Positions 27,501 through 36,749 of a stretch of 57,932 nucleotides of DNA are shown here, one piece after another. How positions within the stretch are numbered: position 1 is the stretch's first letter; every line of letters begins with the position of its first letter. The DNA comes from a virus. Taxonomy: Duplodnaviria > Caudoviricetes. Under the pieces are notes generated by a model, which had not been told where the DNA came from, searched no databases, and saw nothing but the letters and a program-made list of their open reading frames with translations. The stretch lies in IMG/VR virus record IMGVR_UViG_3300027597_000005, positions 1 to 57,932 of that record. One strand, written 5' to 3'. Both the position numbers and the translations under genes were made by a program.

Positions 27501-30354
27501 GTGTGGTGACAGTTTCAGTGCACATTTCTCCTTTAGAGAAGTCAATAGCTACTGTGTGTAATGGGTTTTGTACATCACCAGTGGTTAAACTCTCAAAATT
27601 ATCAACAATAAATCCAGATTTAAACTTATCAAAAAACTCTTTCCCTTGTATATCAGTTTCAAGTAATGACAATTGTGTGTAATACTCAAGATTCTCAATA
27701 CGTTTTTCAAGTTGCGATATATCACGCATTGTGTAACGTTTGTAATTTTTCTTATCAACACTAACATCAGAAACCTTGAATGTATATGCAGGTATACGCA
27801 AAGTGTACAATGTAATAGAATCGTCTGCGTCAACCGGAGTTTTTGGGTCAAGTGCAGGAACACCACGTAATATTGTAAAAACACCCTTGCGATTCAAAAT
27901 TATATTATCAACACGTGACAAATAGTAATTATAATCAATAATAATATCAGTTGATGGTGTAACAAATGTTGGTGAAACATCAACAGAAGTTCTTAAATCA
28001 ACAACATTACCCAAGAAGTTTCCATTATAACTAGGAATATCCTCATAAGGAATTGTTGAGTATGAGTCAACTGTGAAGAAATCACCAGACAAGGAATGAC
28101 TAAAGTAAGTGTAAGACACCTTAACAGTACCTTGTGTTGGGGCATTGCTACCTGCCTTCAAACGAGCATAACCATAATCATAGATATCATTTTTCTGACC
28201 ATTGTCTAAAATATAATGATCAGTATAATCAATATAGCCGTTACCGTCATCTACTGATATAGATGATATAGCAATTATATCAGTATGATCCAATTTAACA
28301 TTTGCGATATCAGACGGTGAATAGCATGAATGTAATTCATCTACAACAGACGTTACTGATTTAGTTTTTGGTGTGTAATTATTTTTCGCAACACTTGCCC
28401 ATACGGTATAATTCATAGAGTTATAACCGCTTGGTAAATCAATTTCAACAACGCCAGTTTGTTTTATAATTGCTGTTGGGGTTACATATCCTACACCATC
28501 TATACAAACAACGTATGCACCAGAGTCAGAAACAAATTGTATTGTTGTGTCATTCAATGTTATCTTATCTGTTGAAACAGTACCAGAATAAGTCTTGTAA
28601 TATTGTAACAATGAACCAAAAACATTCTTGACATAGCTGTATGGTATGTTAAGTATGAAGTTGGAATTTGCTGTATTGACATTGATTGCACTTATTCCAG
28701 ATAATGCCGCCAATGGAGCATACTTACCACTTTGCGCAATATATGTTACAGAAGAAACGGTTGAATTGGCAACAATAGTTTTCAATTGTGTGAAATACAA
28801 CTTATAGATAGTGCCACTGAAATGCTCAAGGCCCATCGGCTGTGCTGTAAACAAAACTATATTTGAAGCATTGCGAAACTCAACAGGTGAACTTCTATTA
28901 AACAGATCAAACGCAGCATCAGTTGTAGCACCCGCTGGTGTAGTTCCAGAAGGGTTTAAGTCCAAATAAACATATGTTTCGTATGGGTTTGAGATATAAA
29001 CATCGTTAACCGTGTCTGTATCACGGCTCTTATCCAAAACAAGAGGTGGATTATTTGCAGTACGTTCAACTTCATGACCACGAACATATGCAAGGCCCGG
29101 CCCCATAATTGCAACCATCTTGTTACTATCGCCACCATTACCAACAGTGTACTTACCTAAGTTTGTTCCATTGTCCAAATGTTCACGCAAATCCAATGAA
29201 AAGTCATTTATGATATAATCACCAGACTCATTGTAAGTTCTCTTTTCCAATATATCTAAAAACAATTGTGAGTAATCAGTTTGATTCGGTGGTGTTGTAG
29301 CAGTACCACTTTGTAAAACCATTAACTGAACAAAGTTTTTAACAGATTCATCTGTTGGCTTCACCGAGAATGTCAATTCCATTTTGTAACGTGTAGCGCC
29401 CGGTGCTGATTCATTAGGAGAACCAATAGCATTATCGTATAAACTATTGTCATCTTCCGGGGTAATGATAATATCAGAAACCAAAAACCCTAAAGAAATT
29501 TCGTTCTCAGTTTGCGTGATATCAGTGTACTTTGAAACGACAAGTGTTTGACGATCAACTATAGCAAAACGACCATTTATAAAATAGATACCATCATTTA
29601 TAAATGCTAGAGCACCAAAACCAATACCTGATTGTGTTATATCAGCTACAAAATCTTCATACAATTCAGTTTCGTTGTTATACAAACTGAATGTAACCCC
29701 TGTATTGATCAATTCAGCAGTAGCAACCCCACCAGTACCAACCCCACCAATAATAACAGAAGGAGCAGTAGTATATCCAGAACCATTATTAGTTATAGTT
29801 ATATCTGTAATAACACCAGCAGTAACGGTTGCAGTGGCAGTTGCACCAGTACCATCACCTGTGATAGTAATTGTTGGTGCCGAAGTATATCCAGTCCCAC
29901 CATTTGTAATGTTTATTTTATAAACAGAAGACGAAGAAAATGACTGAATATGACCTTCCGATGAAGTATATTCAACATAAACCGTTGCTGGGTCGGTGGT
30001 AGTGCTTGCAACATAATGGGTAATTTTACCTGTAAGGCTACCCTTGGTTATAGTCCCACCAATATAATTGTGTGTTGTTGACAATGGCAACGACATTGTG
30101 CTTGGCAATTTTATATATTCAATTTGCTGTTTTAACGAAGTTTCACCACCAATGATTTTTGCACCATTGTCGAAAAAGTGGCTACCCATACGTGCAACTT
30201 GATCTTGCAAAATAGTTTGCATTTGTGTCAATTCACGGGCTTGAACTCCCATACCCGGACGAAACAATACCTGCAAAAACTTTTTGCTTATATCGAAATC
30301 ATCGTAATATGGTCTTTGTGTAAATGTTTTTAGTTTTGTTTGGTATCCTGCCAC
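24595..30354 (-). CDS. Large virion structural protein, DUF4815/VrlC-like
   Basis: PYYDDFD..K.F..VLFRPG..VQARELTQMQTILQ.Q, YTMRDI..LEKRIENLEYYTQLSLLE, FKSGFIVDNF, DPVAQSF, WTAEQSQDIKF; GTG start with AGGAG RBS. Confidence 0.88.
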   Translation of the reverse strand: MAGYQTKLKTFTQRPYYDDFDISKKFLQVLFRPGMGVQARELTQMQTILQDQVARMGSHFFDNGAKIIGGETSLKQQIEYIKLPSTMSLPLSTTHNYIGGTITKGSLTGKITHYVASTTTDPATVYVEYTSSEGHIQSFSSSSVYKINITNGGTGYTSAPTITITGDGTGATATATVTAGVITDITITNNGSGYTTAPSVIIGGVGTGGVATAELINTGVTFSLYNNETELYEDFVADITQSGIGFGALAFINDGIYFINGRFAIVDRQTLVVSKYTDITQTENEISLGFLVSDIIITPEDDNSLYDNAIGSPNESAPGATRYKMELTFSVKPTDESVKNFVQLMVLQSGTATTPPNQTDYSQLFLDILEKRTYNESGDYIINDFSLDLREHLDNGTNLGKYTVGNGGDSNKMVAIMGPGLAYVRGHEVERTANNPPLVLDKSRDTDTVNDVYISNPYETYVYLDLNPSGTTPAGATTDAAFDLFNRSSPVEFRNASNIVLFTAQPMGLEHFSGTIYKLYFTQLKTIVANSTVSSVTYIAQSGKYAPLAALSGISAINVNTANSNFILNIPYSYVKNVFGSLLQYYKTYSGTVSTDKITLNDTTIQFVSDSGAYVVCIDGVGYVTPTAIIKQTGVVEIDLPSGYNSMNYTVWASVAKNNYTPKTKSVTSVVDELHSCYSPSDIANVKLDHTDIIAISSISVDDGNGYIDYTDHYILDNGQKNDIYDYGYARLKAGSNAPTQGTVKVSYTYFSHSLSGDFFTVDSYSTIPYEDIPSYNGNFLGNVVDLRTSVDVSPTFVTPSTDIIIDYNYYLSRVDNIILNRKGVFTILRGVPALDPKTPVDADDSITLYTLRIPAYTFKVSDVSVDKKNYKRYTMRDISQLEKRIENLEYYTQLSLLETDIQGKEFFDKFKSGFIVDNFESLTTGDVQNPLHTVAIDFSKGEMCTETVTTHVNLELSSTTNTNTQDNDGIITLPYTEVAHVKQSLASTLVRLQPFVQYAWRGRVKLTPNVDRWVTYQYAPDLTLDGGTYPSGTSAGTIQNKVWDLAAQVFVGQENAMVHNGSTTSSTSARTDVVGFSFGRGRQWRNTTTTTQTSYVGTRTVDVGAVPWIRSRWVQFRITGLKPNTVVKPYFDGVDVSQYCYQTINNTISYPTWYFWYYWYFWYDFGWWNTTQSNTQTLKSNGAGVINGWFLIPNNSNLRFKTGVRKFEVKDVIENPSTSATGNYDASGTSVTLQNVFVTTRVVSTNDYWYDPVAQSFVIENPEGAFITSMDLYFGPEADDIAGVDGTPVNLQICDMVNGYPGKNVVASVDVNVFYGSLDSTVPTRFTFDHPVYLEPNKEYAFVVSSNSEDLSLWCSELGQKAVRPGDINTFTGEYINKQPYLGTMFKSQNHSTWTAEQSQDIKFTIYRAKFDNNVTGNVTFTNKLLDSDIDGEANIFKKLLDNNPMSVYYGPNLDVLAGGSGYTTASFAFAGGGGSGFAADPILRGSLDHVNVSLGGSGYTTASASVVGTGTGATVSVTVSGGAVTAITVVDGGTGYDPASTSILITGDGTGATADAIVYASITGFQITNYGVGYTSAPTLTITGDGIGADINVTYDDGSTVFVKHKNHGFKVGDTVIITYPSDPNYNGGSNIVLGDFTIADLSGSHTITSETIDTYSFTVTGATNTQTVLNGGGTQITASQVIPYSMVRLNTDAVVLNGTSLEWNLKAKGYYSNLVVDSTNYGIIEDKLIDLGTLKVVKSNNDQSMQLTASISSPNEYISPVIDINKVGMYVVNNRINEFNDSAVLDDNSITYEVNNSIARYATKNVTLVNPSNELQVYLDNNLLSGTQIDVYCKVSTTPTSVTLDDAQWKKMTVVSGNSFNDIGVFTETKYQYESPEDFTNFVIKVVYSSTIARGDDRYRSIIPRSKRFRAIALKN

Positions 30355-30389
30355 AATTTAGCTCCTAAAGGATTTGTGTGTTTGTGTGA

Positions 30390-30397
30390 TATTTATA
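30390..30397 (-). promoter_or_regulatory. T4-type late promoter
   Basis: TATAAATA upstream of the DUF4815 gene. Confidence 0.7.
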
Positions 30398-31639
30398 TCA
30401 CCATAAAATCGGTATTTTTATTGTCTCTGATTGCGTTATATTTCTAAACACGGGTGAACTATATGCAACATATAATATCTTACCCGAATATATTTTCACA
30501 TCGCTTTTTGTAATTCCACCAGAAACTATGTCTAATTGGTTGAACCCATCATATATCTTATGGTTTTCAGTTAAGATTGGTGAGGTGATATTACACAAAT
30601 AAAGTTTATTATTTGAAATGTCATTATATGCCACATTTGCAGTTCCAACTTTTACTGAGTTCAACCATATTTGAACTTCTTGGTCTTGTGTAAATGTAGC
30701 AGTAGATGTTAAAACAACATCAGTTGTTGTTTTTGCCACATTTTCCACATAATTAGAACTACCATCATATTCAAGTGGTTCACGCACAATGAATATTTTT
30801 CTAAACTCGTTGTTTGTTAAAAAATAGCCTGTTTCATCATATTCCAAGTTTACGGAAATCATGACATAATTAGCCAACAATTCATCCGCAGGAGAAAAAC
30901 CGTGACCCCCTATTGGTGATAATATAACTTCGGCTGTCGCATCAATACCATCCCCTGTAATAGTAACTGTTGCGTAATTATAACCAGTACCATTATTTGT
31001 TAGAACTATCGAATTAATGTGGCCTCCAGAATATTGTGCATACGCAGCAGCGCCAACACCATCTCCCTCGATAGTTATATTAGCATAACTATATGATGAA
31101 CCAATATCTGTAACATCTATACGAGTTAATTCACCGGCAATAGGCGAATTAGCAGCATCTATAATTGGAATAAAATCATTCGTTGCAAACTTGTTATACA
31201 ACACGGTTGGTATATTGTACATCCATCTCCACACATAACCGTCTGATGTATTAAGGTTTGACTGTGTTGGTTTGACAGTAGATGCAGAACCATTATTGTT
31301 GGACAAACATTTGAAAACATCATTCGTGTCTGTTAACACATAGAATGCTTTACCATCCATGTTACTCTTATCAGTATATGAATCATAAATGGTTCCGGTA
31401 GTCCAGTCATAACGAGGTGCTACTAAACAGGCATCAATTGTTTTTATTCTCTTCATTGAATATGAATTACGCCATGCATCATTTTGAGTCAAATCAATAT
31501 TAGTGATGCTATCAGGTATAGGATCATTATCCCATGCTAAAATACCACCAATACCAAGATAATGGGGGACACTGTTTAATGAATTAATGAAGTCTCTAGC
31601 AGCGGAAACTTTAGCTAAATTTGTTAAAATACTAGGCAT
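30398..31639 (-). CDS. gp8: Baseplate wedge subunit
   Basis: PRYDWTTGTIYD.Y, FYVLT...VFKCLSNN, DGYVWRWMY, GGHG.....EL, YSGKILY. Confidence 0.88.
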   Translation of the reverse strand: MPSILTNLAKVSAARDFINSLNSVPHYLGIGGILAWDNDPIPDSITNIDLTQNDAWRNSYSMKRIKTIDACLVAPRYDWTTGTIYDSYTDKSNMDGKAFYVLTDTNDVFKCLSNNNGSASTVKPTQSNLNTSDGYVWRWMYNIPTVLYNKFATNDFIPIIDAANSPIAGELTRIDVTDIGSSYSYANITIEGDGVGAAAYAQYSGGHINSIVLTNNGTGYNYATVTITGDGIDATAEVILSPIGGHGFSPADELLANYVMISVNLEYDETGYFLTNNEFRKIFIVREPLEYDGSSNYVENVAKTTTDVVLTSTATFTQDQEVQIWLNSVKVGTANVAYNDISNNKLYLCNITSPILTENHKIYDGFNQLDIVSGGITKSDVKIYSGKILYVAYSSPVFRNITQSETIKIPILW

Positions 31640-31691
31640 GTTATGTCTCTTTTTTTATATTTATGTTCTATTATTTTAGGATTAACATTCT

Positions 31692-32942
31692 TTATTCAAA
31701 CTCATCATTTAACCATGAAATAAACAAATCTCTCATACGTTTACTAGGGATATAAACTGTAATTGGTTCACCATTTCTAATACGTGATCTAAAAATAAAT
31801 TGTATCAATTCGGATAATGCATACATTTTCTCATTTATTTGCACATTTTTATAGCACAAGGCTTTCTCAATCATTGGGTTGTGAAATAAGTTCAACAAAT
31901 AAGCAATTGCCCATGTATCACTATAGTCATTAGTTGCTTTGGTGTTATAGGATAACCATGATGCACTATACCTTCCCCCTGATATAACACGCATCGCCTG
32001 TTTAAAAGTTGTCCATAATCTTTCGTTTTTATTGGCCTTAGTTATATTATTAAAAAAGTTTAATAATCTTTTTCGTAGCTCATTATTAGAATGTTTTTTA
32101 GTGACTAAATCTGCGGCACTAAGGGCGGTAACTTTATCACCAACCTCATTCATTTTACGATCATCAACGATTGTTATTTTATCTTTTAATTGTGATGGTA
32201 AAAGTCCAAACTTTTCAACCGTGTAATCAATGCCATTTGATTTGAGAAAAGCACATAATTGACTTCCTTCAAACATATAAGTTGATATGTATATTTCTTT
32301 GAAAGATTTTATAATATCAACAGGAAACTCCCATAAAACTATTTTTTCATCAATAATTAATAATTGTCCTAAAGCACATAAGTTTGAAATTGTATCGAAT
32401 CTTGTATTTTCAGTATACGCAATCTTTTCATTGTTGAATCTAAGGGTAATACCATCAGCATCAACAGACAGCACATTCGACTTTATTAGTTGTTTGCACT
32501 CGTTAATATCAAGTATATCCGTAGCAGGCTCATATATCGAAACAACTTCATCAAGAAATAACGTATATTCTTTTTCTTGAATAACATTTGCTATAGAAGG
32601 TGTGAAGTTTGAAAAAAGACTATGTGTGGAAACAATATTGTACCCATTTTCAATTAACGTCATTGCATCTGATAATTTAGTCTCTCCTTTACTATTCGTA
32701 GGGTGTCTGAAACGTTTATTTTTTAATGGATTGGTTTCATCATAATAATACTCATCGTCAGAAACCATTAATGGACGTTTATAGACATCGTTTTCATCAT
32801 AAGATGTGCCAGCAATTCGATGACATTCTGACAATAACGGAGTAACATAGATTATGTTATTTGATGACTCAGCCATCATTTGAATCATCTTGTTTGTTTT
32901 ACCAGAACCACATAATGCACTAAACACTGTCACTTTTGTCAT
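31692..32942 (-). CDS. SF2 helicase-like protein, candidate origin-binding/replication initiator
   Basis: ALCGSGKT, IYVTPLLSE, LFLDEV, STYMF, ELIQFIFRSRIR motifs. Confidence 0.7.
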   Translation of the reverse strand: MTKVTVFSALCGSGKTNKMIQMMAESSNNIIYVTPLLSECHRIAGTSYDENDVYKRPLMVSDDEYYYDETNPLKNKRFRHPTNSKGETKLSDAMTLIENGYNIVSTHSLFSNFTPSIANVIQEKEYTLFLDEVVSIYEPATDILDINECKQLIKSNVLSVDADGITLRFNNEKIAYTENTRFDTISNLCALGQLLIIDEKIVLWEFPVDIIKSFKEIYISTYMFEGSQLCAFLKSNGIDYTVEKFGLLPSQLKDKITIVDDRKMNEVGDKVTALSAADLVTKKHSNNELRKRLLNFFNNITKANKNERLWTTFKQAMRVISGGRYSASWLSYNTKATNDYSDTWAIAYLLNLFHNPMIEKALCYKNVQINEKMYALSELIQFIFRSRIRNGEPITVYIPSKRMRDLFISWLNDEFE

Positions 32943-32966
32943 AATTAATCCTTTAGAAAGGTGATA

Positions 32967-32995
32967 ATTCTACCACATTTTTTACCAAATTTCAA
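32967..32995 (-). promoter_or_regulatory. sigma70-type promoter for the helicase-like gene
   Basis: Minus strand TTGAAA-17 bp-TAGAAT. Confidence 0.65.
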
Positions 32996-33182
32996 CAAAA
33001 AATACCCCCTAGATTTGCGCAACTACTAACACTTCTTTTACTATTTTTATTTTATATTTCTTATTAAAGAAAGATGGTGTAAACACATGTTTTTAAAGAA
33101 GAAAAATTCAGGTCTAAGCATAGGGTCTGCTTAAATCCAAAAATGTAGTAAAAAATGAAGAAAAATTATAGTGTCAAAGACA

Positions 33183-33481
33183 CATACTTGAGCGTAGCGA
33201 AAGTATCAGTTATAACGAACATAGTGAGTGAGGAAAAATAATTTAAAAATGTAAAATACCAGTATTAAAATTTTAATCATGGTATAAAAATCTCTACATC
33301 ATATTTTCCTCATTCGCTACGCTCATTACAAATTTTATATTTGGTTCTATTCCTCATTCCATTCGTCATAGAACGTTCACTTCGTTCATATTTTATATTG
33401 GTCAATTCAAATATCATATTTCCTCATTCGCTACGCTCACTATAAAATATAAAACTGATACTTTCGCTACGCTCAAGTATG
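33183..33481. repeat. Perfect 29-bp inverted repeat enclosing iteron-like repeats (candidate replication origin)
   Basis: CATACTTGAGCGTAGCGAAAGTATCAGTT at 33183-33211 and its reverse complement at 33453-33481; TTCGCTACGCTCA at 33313, 33427, 33463 and inverted at 33189. Confidence 0.9.
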
Positions 33482-33702
33482 CCTAACGACCATTTTTTAA
33501 TCAAACAATCTTTTTCTTTTCATTTAAAAGAAAAGAGTCTATCAAACCAATTAAACACATTCATAGAACGCTCTATAAAGCGTTTTAAGACGCTTAAACA
33601 AAAATTAAGTACCTTCGTATTAAAATGCCATCAATACCTCCTTAAACGAGCTTATAGAAGGTTTTAGGGCTATTTGTTAAATGGTGACAACTAAACTTTT
33701 AC

Positions 33703-33731
33703 TTGACAAATCAAAATTCTGTATATAAAAT
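33703..33731 (+). promoter_or_regulatory. sigma70-type promoter
   Basis: TTGACA-17 bp-TAAAAT. Confidence 0.75.
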
Positions 33732-33921
33732 ATGCAACGTCAAAAAAGATAGTTGTTAAACTGGGTTTTTGAACACAAATTTTTACATGTTATGGGAGTA
33801 AAGAGTTCAAAATTTTGATATAATTGTGTGGTTATGAGACGCACTTCTGATGGGGACATTGTTGTATCTGACTGATCTATATTTTTAATCCGTCCCTGTC
33901 CATTAGAGAGGTAAAATTTAA

Positions 33922-34413
33922 ATGTCTAATATAGTAAAATCATTGTTGGTTGCCATTGTATTCATGGCTCCAATCGCCGCCGAGGCAGGTAACACCAAGA
34001 AAACCGATCATTCGCATGAAAGCGTGGTGAAGACTGAAAAGAAGAAGAAGGGAAAGAAGAACGCCAAAAGTAAGGACACGATTTTGGTAAAGTCCACACA
34101 CTCAAGAATTGAAATTGGTAAAGCATCTTGGTATGGGAAGAAGTTTATAGGTAGGAAAACTGCGAGTGGAGAGCGTCTAAACGGAATTACAATGACTGCT
34201 GCTCATAAGAAACTACCATTGGGTACGATTGTAAAAGTAATAAACACGGAAAACAACCAAAGTGTTGTTGTTAAGATCAATGACCGTGGCCCTTATGTTG
34301 GTAAACGAATACTTGATTTATCACCGGCTGCTGCTAAACGAATCGGAATGATTGATGCAGGGGTTGCAAATGTTAGTATGGTTGTAATATCAGAGCCTAA
34401 AAAGATGTATTAA
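33922..34413 (+). CDS. rlpA: RlpA-like lytic transglycosylase (DPBB domain) with signal peptide
   Basis: GKASWYG, TASGE, TAAHKKLPLGT.VKV, V.INDRGPY...RILDLS; N-terminal hydrophobic segment ending AEA. Confidence 0.9.
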   Translation: MSNIVKSLLVAIVFMAPIAAEAGNTKKTDHSHESVVKTEKKKKGKKNAKSKDTILVKSTHSRIEIGKASWYGKKFIGRKTASGERLNGITMTAAHKKLPLGTIVKVINTENNQSVVVKINDRGPYVGKRILDLSPAAAKRIGMIDAGVANVSMVVISEPKKMY

Positions 34414-34436
34414 AAAAGCCCTTAAAGGGCTTTTTT
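34412..34436 (+). terminator. Rho-independent terminator
   Basis: AAAAAAGCCCTT-A-AAGGGCTTTTTT. Confidence 0.8.
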
Positions 34437-34489
34437 CATTTATTGCGTACAAAATATGTTTAAATAACATTCATGTTTGGAGGTATATT

Positions 34490-35500
34490 ATGCCCGGTGC
34501 GGTTAGATTAGGTGATATGGGCAGTGGTCATGGATGTTTCCCGCCACATAATGTTATTGTTGGTAATCCAAAGGTATTAATTGAAGGAATGCCCGCTAGT
34601 TGTATAGGCGATTTATTAACAACACATTGTTGTGGCCCTGTGTGTCATCCGGGTGCTATTGCATCAGGTTCTGAAAAAGTATTAGTTGGTGGAAGACCTT
34701 TGGCTAAAATAGGGGATTTTGTTAATTGTGGATCAATTTTGATAACTGGCTCTACCAAAGTAAGGGTCGGTGAAGCGATTCCGATATCTATCATGCCAAC
34801 TTCTGTAGTTTCATCAACAGGTGAAGTAATATCATTGCCACCACAATATAGCAGCGAAGCGGTAGGCCCAATAATACAATCTACGGGTAAGTATGTTGTA
34901 TTTGACGAACCTGACAACATAGAATATACACCACAAACTTTAGCTGATGACACAACGGAAGCGTCAACAAGTAAACCAGAAAGGGATGTTAAGTCAATGA
35001 ATACTGAACCAACGCCATTATTATCAGATTGTGCAAATATACAAAAGATAGATTACAATTTAAAACTCTCAACCCATTTTACATTGGACGATTTAAGTAC
35101 AAAATGCTTGTTCAAACATGAAATACAGGCACAGGCAGGATTTACGGTAGCACAGATTATATGTAATTTACAAGGTCTTGCTCAAAATGTTCTTGAAAAG
35201 ATATGGGAAAAGTATCCAAACTTTAGAGTAAATTCTGGATTTAGATCATTTACTGTTGGTAAAAGTCAACATGAAAAGGGGCAAGCTTGTGATATTCAGT
35301 GGCCCGGTATAACAAATGCTGAATACAAAGTTAGGGCACAATGGATGCGTGATAATTTGGTGTTTGACCAATTGTTATTTGAACATGGCAACATGATTTG
35401 GATACATGTTAGTTTTAATAGAAATAATCCTTCACAAAGAAAAGATGTTAGAACTATGTATAAAGGTAAGTTTGAACCGGGTATAGTTCTTTATTATTAA
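34490..35500 (+). CDS. PAAR spike-tip protein (gp5.4-like) fused to a peptidase M15 domain
   Basis: MPGAVRLGD..SGHGCFPP...GS.KV.VGG.P.A.IGD...CGS; C-terminal NSGFR, SQHEKGQACDI, FDQLLFE, WIHVSF. Confidence 0.88.
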   Translation: MPGAVRLGDMGSGHGCFPPHNVIVGNPKVLIEGMPASCIGDLLTTHCCGPVCHPGAIASGSEKVLVGGRPLAKIGDFVNCGSILITGSTKVRVGEAIPISIMPTSVVSSTGEVISLPPQYSSEAVGPIIQSTGKYVVFDEPDNIEYTPQTLADDTTEASTSKPERDVKSMNTEPTPLLSDCANIQKIDYNLKLSTHFTLDDLSTKCLFKHEIQAQAGFTVAQIICNLQGLAQNVLEKIWEKYPNFRVNSGFRSFTVGKSQHEKGQACDIQWPGITNAEYKVRAQWMRDNLVFDQLLFEHGNMIWIHVSFNRNNPSQRKDVRTMYKGKFEPGIVLYY

Positions 35501-35513
35501 TGAATGGTGTAGT

Positions 35514-36092
35514 ATGGATAGCATAAAATCGCCAAAGTTGATGAAGGCGGAAATATACAAGAATATTTTTTTACAGAAAGAATTTAAAAATCCCATGACT
35601 AATTCTATAATTAGTCTAAAGCATAAATTGTCTTTGAAATTTCAAAATACGCATTCCGAAAAAATGAAAGAGAGTATTAAAGTATTGTTTGAATTGTTGG
35701 ATTATTTTAAATCATACACAGATGACATCTCTGGTGCGAATATGAAATCAAAGAAAACAATTTTTGAAATATATGATATAATTCAAAAACATTCAAAAAT
35801 GTGTAATAATGATACAGAAAACTTATACAAACTTTGTTTAAGTTCGGTGTTGGATTCAGATGACTTATTAGAATTGTTTGAAAAACTGGAAGAATCTATA
35901 TCCCAAGGCGTATCGGATGAGATAGTGATGTTTAATATTAATTCAGTGATAAAACATATAAATTCTCATATCCAAGCTGATAAATTAGCATATGCAAACC
36001 TAAAACAAGAAACATTATTATATTCAATAAATGAATCTTTGCGTAATGTTGTTTGCAAAACAAAAGATAATATGGAAATGTATGTTAATTAA
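35514..36092 (+). CDS. Hypothetical helical protein
   Basis: 192-aa ORF downstream of the PAAR gene. Confidence 0.65.
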   Translation: MDSIKSPKLMKAEIYKNIFLQKEFKNPMTNSIISLKHKLSLKFQNTHSEKMKESIKVLFELLDYFKSYTDDISGANMKSKKTIFEIYDIIQKHSKMCNNDTENLYKLCLSSVLDSDDLLELFEKLEESISQGVSDEIVMFNINSVIKHINSHIQADKLAYANLKQETLLYSINESLRNVVCKTKDNMEMYVN

Positions 36093-36122
36093 ATACAGAT
36101 ATCATTAATAGAAGGGATCATT

Positions 36123-36749
36123 ATGAAAAATATGATGACATTGATGGAATTTTTTGATTCCGCTGATTTGCCAAATAAAGATCAAAATTTGGGAATAAAG
36201 CGTGTCAATATGCCACAAATAGAAACAAATCAATTTTTGGCTGATGTAGAAAAACATCCAGACATAAATTATACTAAAGATGTAGTTGATACCGATCAGC
36301 TATTACCATCACAATCTCAATTCAATGATGGGAAGGTGAAAGCAATTGTTATGGCACTACGTTCGGGTGCAGAACAGAAACCAATTATAGTTACCGAAGA
36401 CAATTATATTGTTGATGGTCATCATCGTTGGGCAGCACATGACAATATAGGTGCAAAAATACCTGTACTCAAAGTTGGAACCGACATTAATTCTCTTTTG
36501 GAGTTTTTGAAAGATAAACCATATGTTGTTAGAAAAACAATCAATGAATCGGTTAACATTGATAATATGAAACGTCAACTGATAGACATATTGCGTTTAC
36601 GTGTTCAAAAATCTTGCCCAATTTCCTCGTTAGGCTACTCGATGATGTTGCAACAAGAAACACAAAAAGTTATAGATATGCCGGATGATCAAGTTACCAA
36701 GGAATATAATCAAATTTTTGTTAATAACGACGTTTCCCCGGTGAGCTAA
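36123..36749 (+). CDS. ParB/sulfiredoxin-like domain protein
   Basis: L.PSQ, PIIVTEDNYIVDGHHRWAA. Confidence 0.8.
   Translation: MKNMMTLMEFFDSADLPNKDQNLGIKRVNMPQIETNQFLADVEKHPDINYTKDVVDTDQLLPSQSQFNDGKVKAIVMALRSGAEQKPIIVTEDNYIVDGHHRWAAHDNIGAKIPVLKVGTDINSLLEFLKDKPYVVRKTINESVNIDNMKRQLIDILRLRVQKSCPISSLGYSMMLQQETQKVIDMPDDQVTKEYNQIFVNNDVSPVS

Noticed and set aside
11914-31639. Genome-wide stop-codon reassignment
   Set aside because: All large structural genes are intact under the standard code; only one possible in-frame TAG was found
33183-33481. CRISPR array or MITE interpretation of the repeats
   Set aside because: Repeats are short, irregularly spaced and in both orientations; no cas or transposase gene and no target-site duplication seen
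33479-33667. 62-aa ORF in the repeat region
   Set aside because: No RBS, starts inside the inverted repeat, no recognisable features
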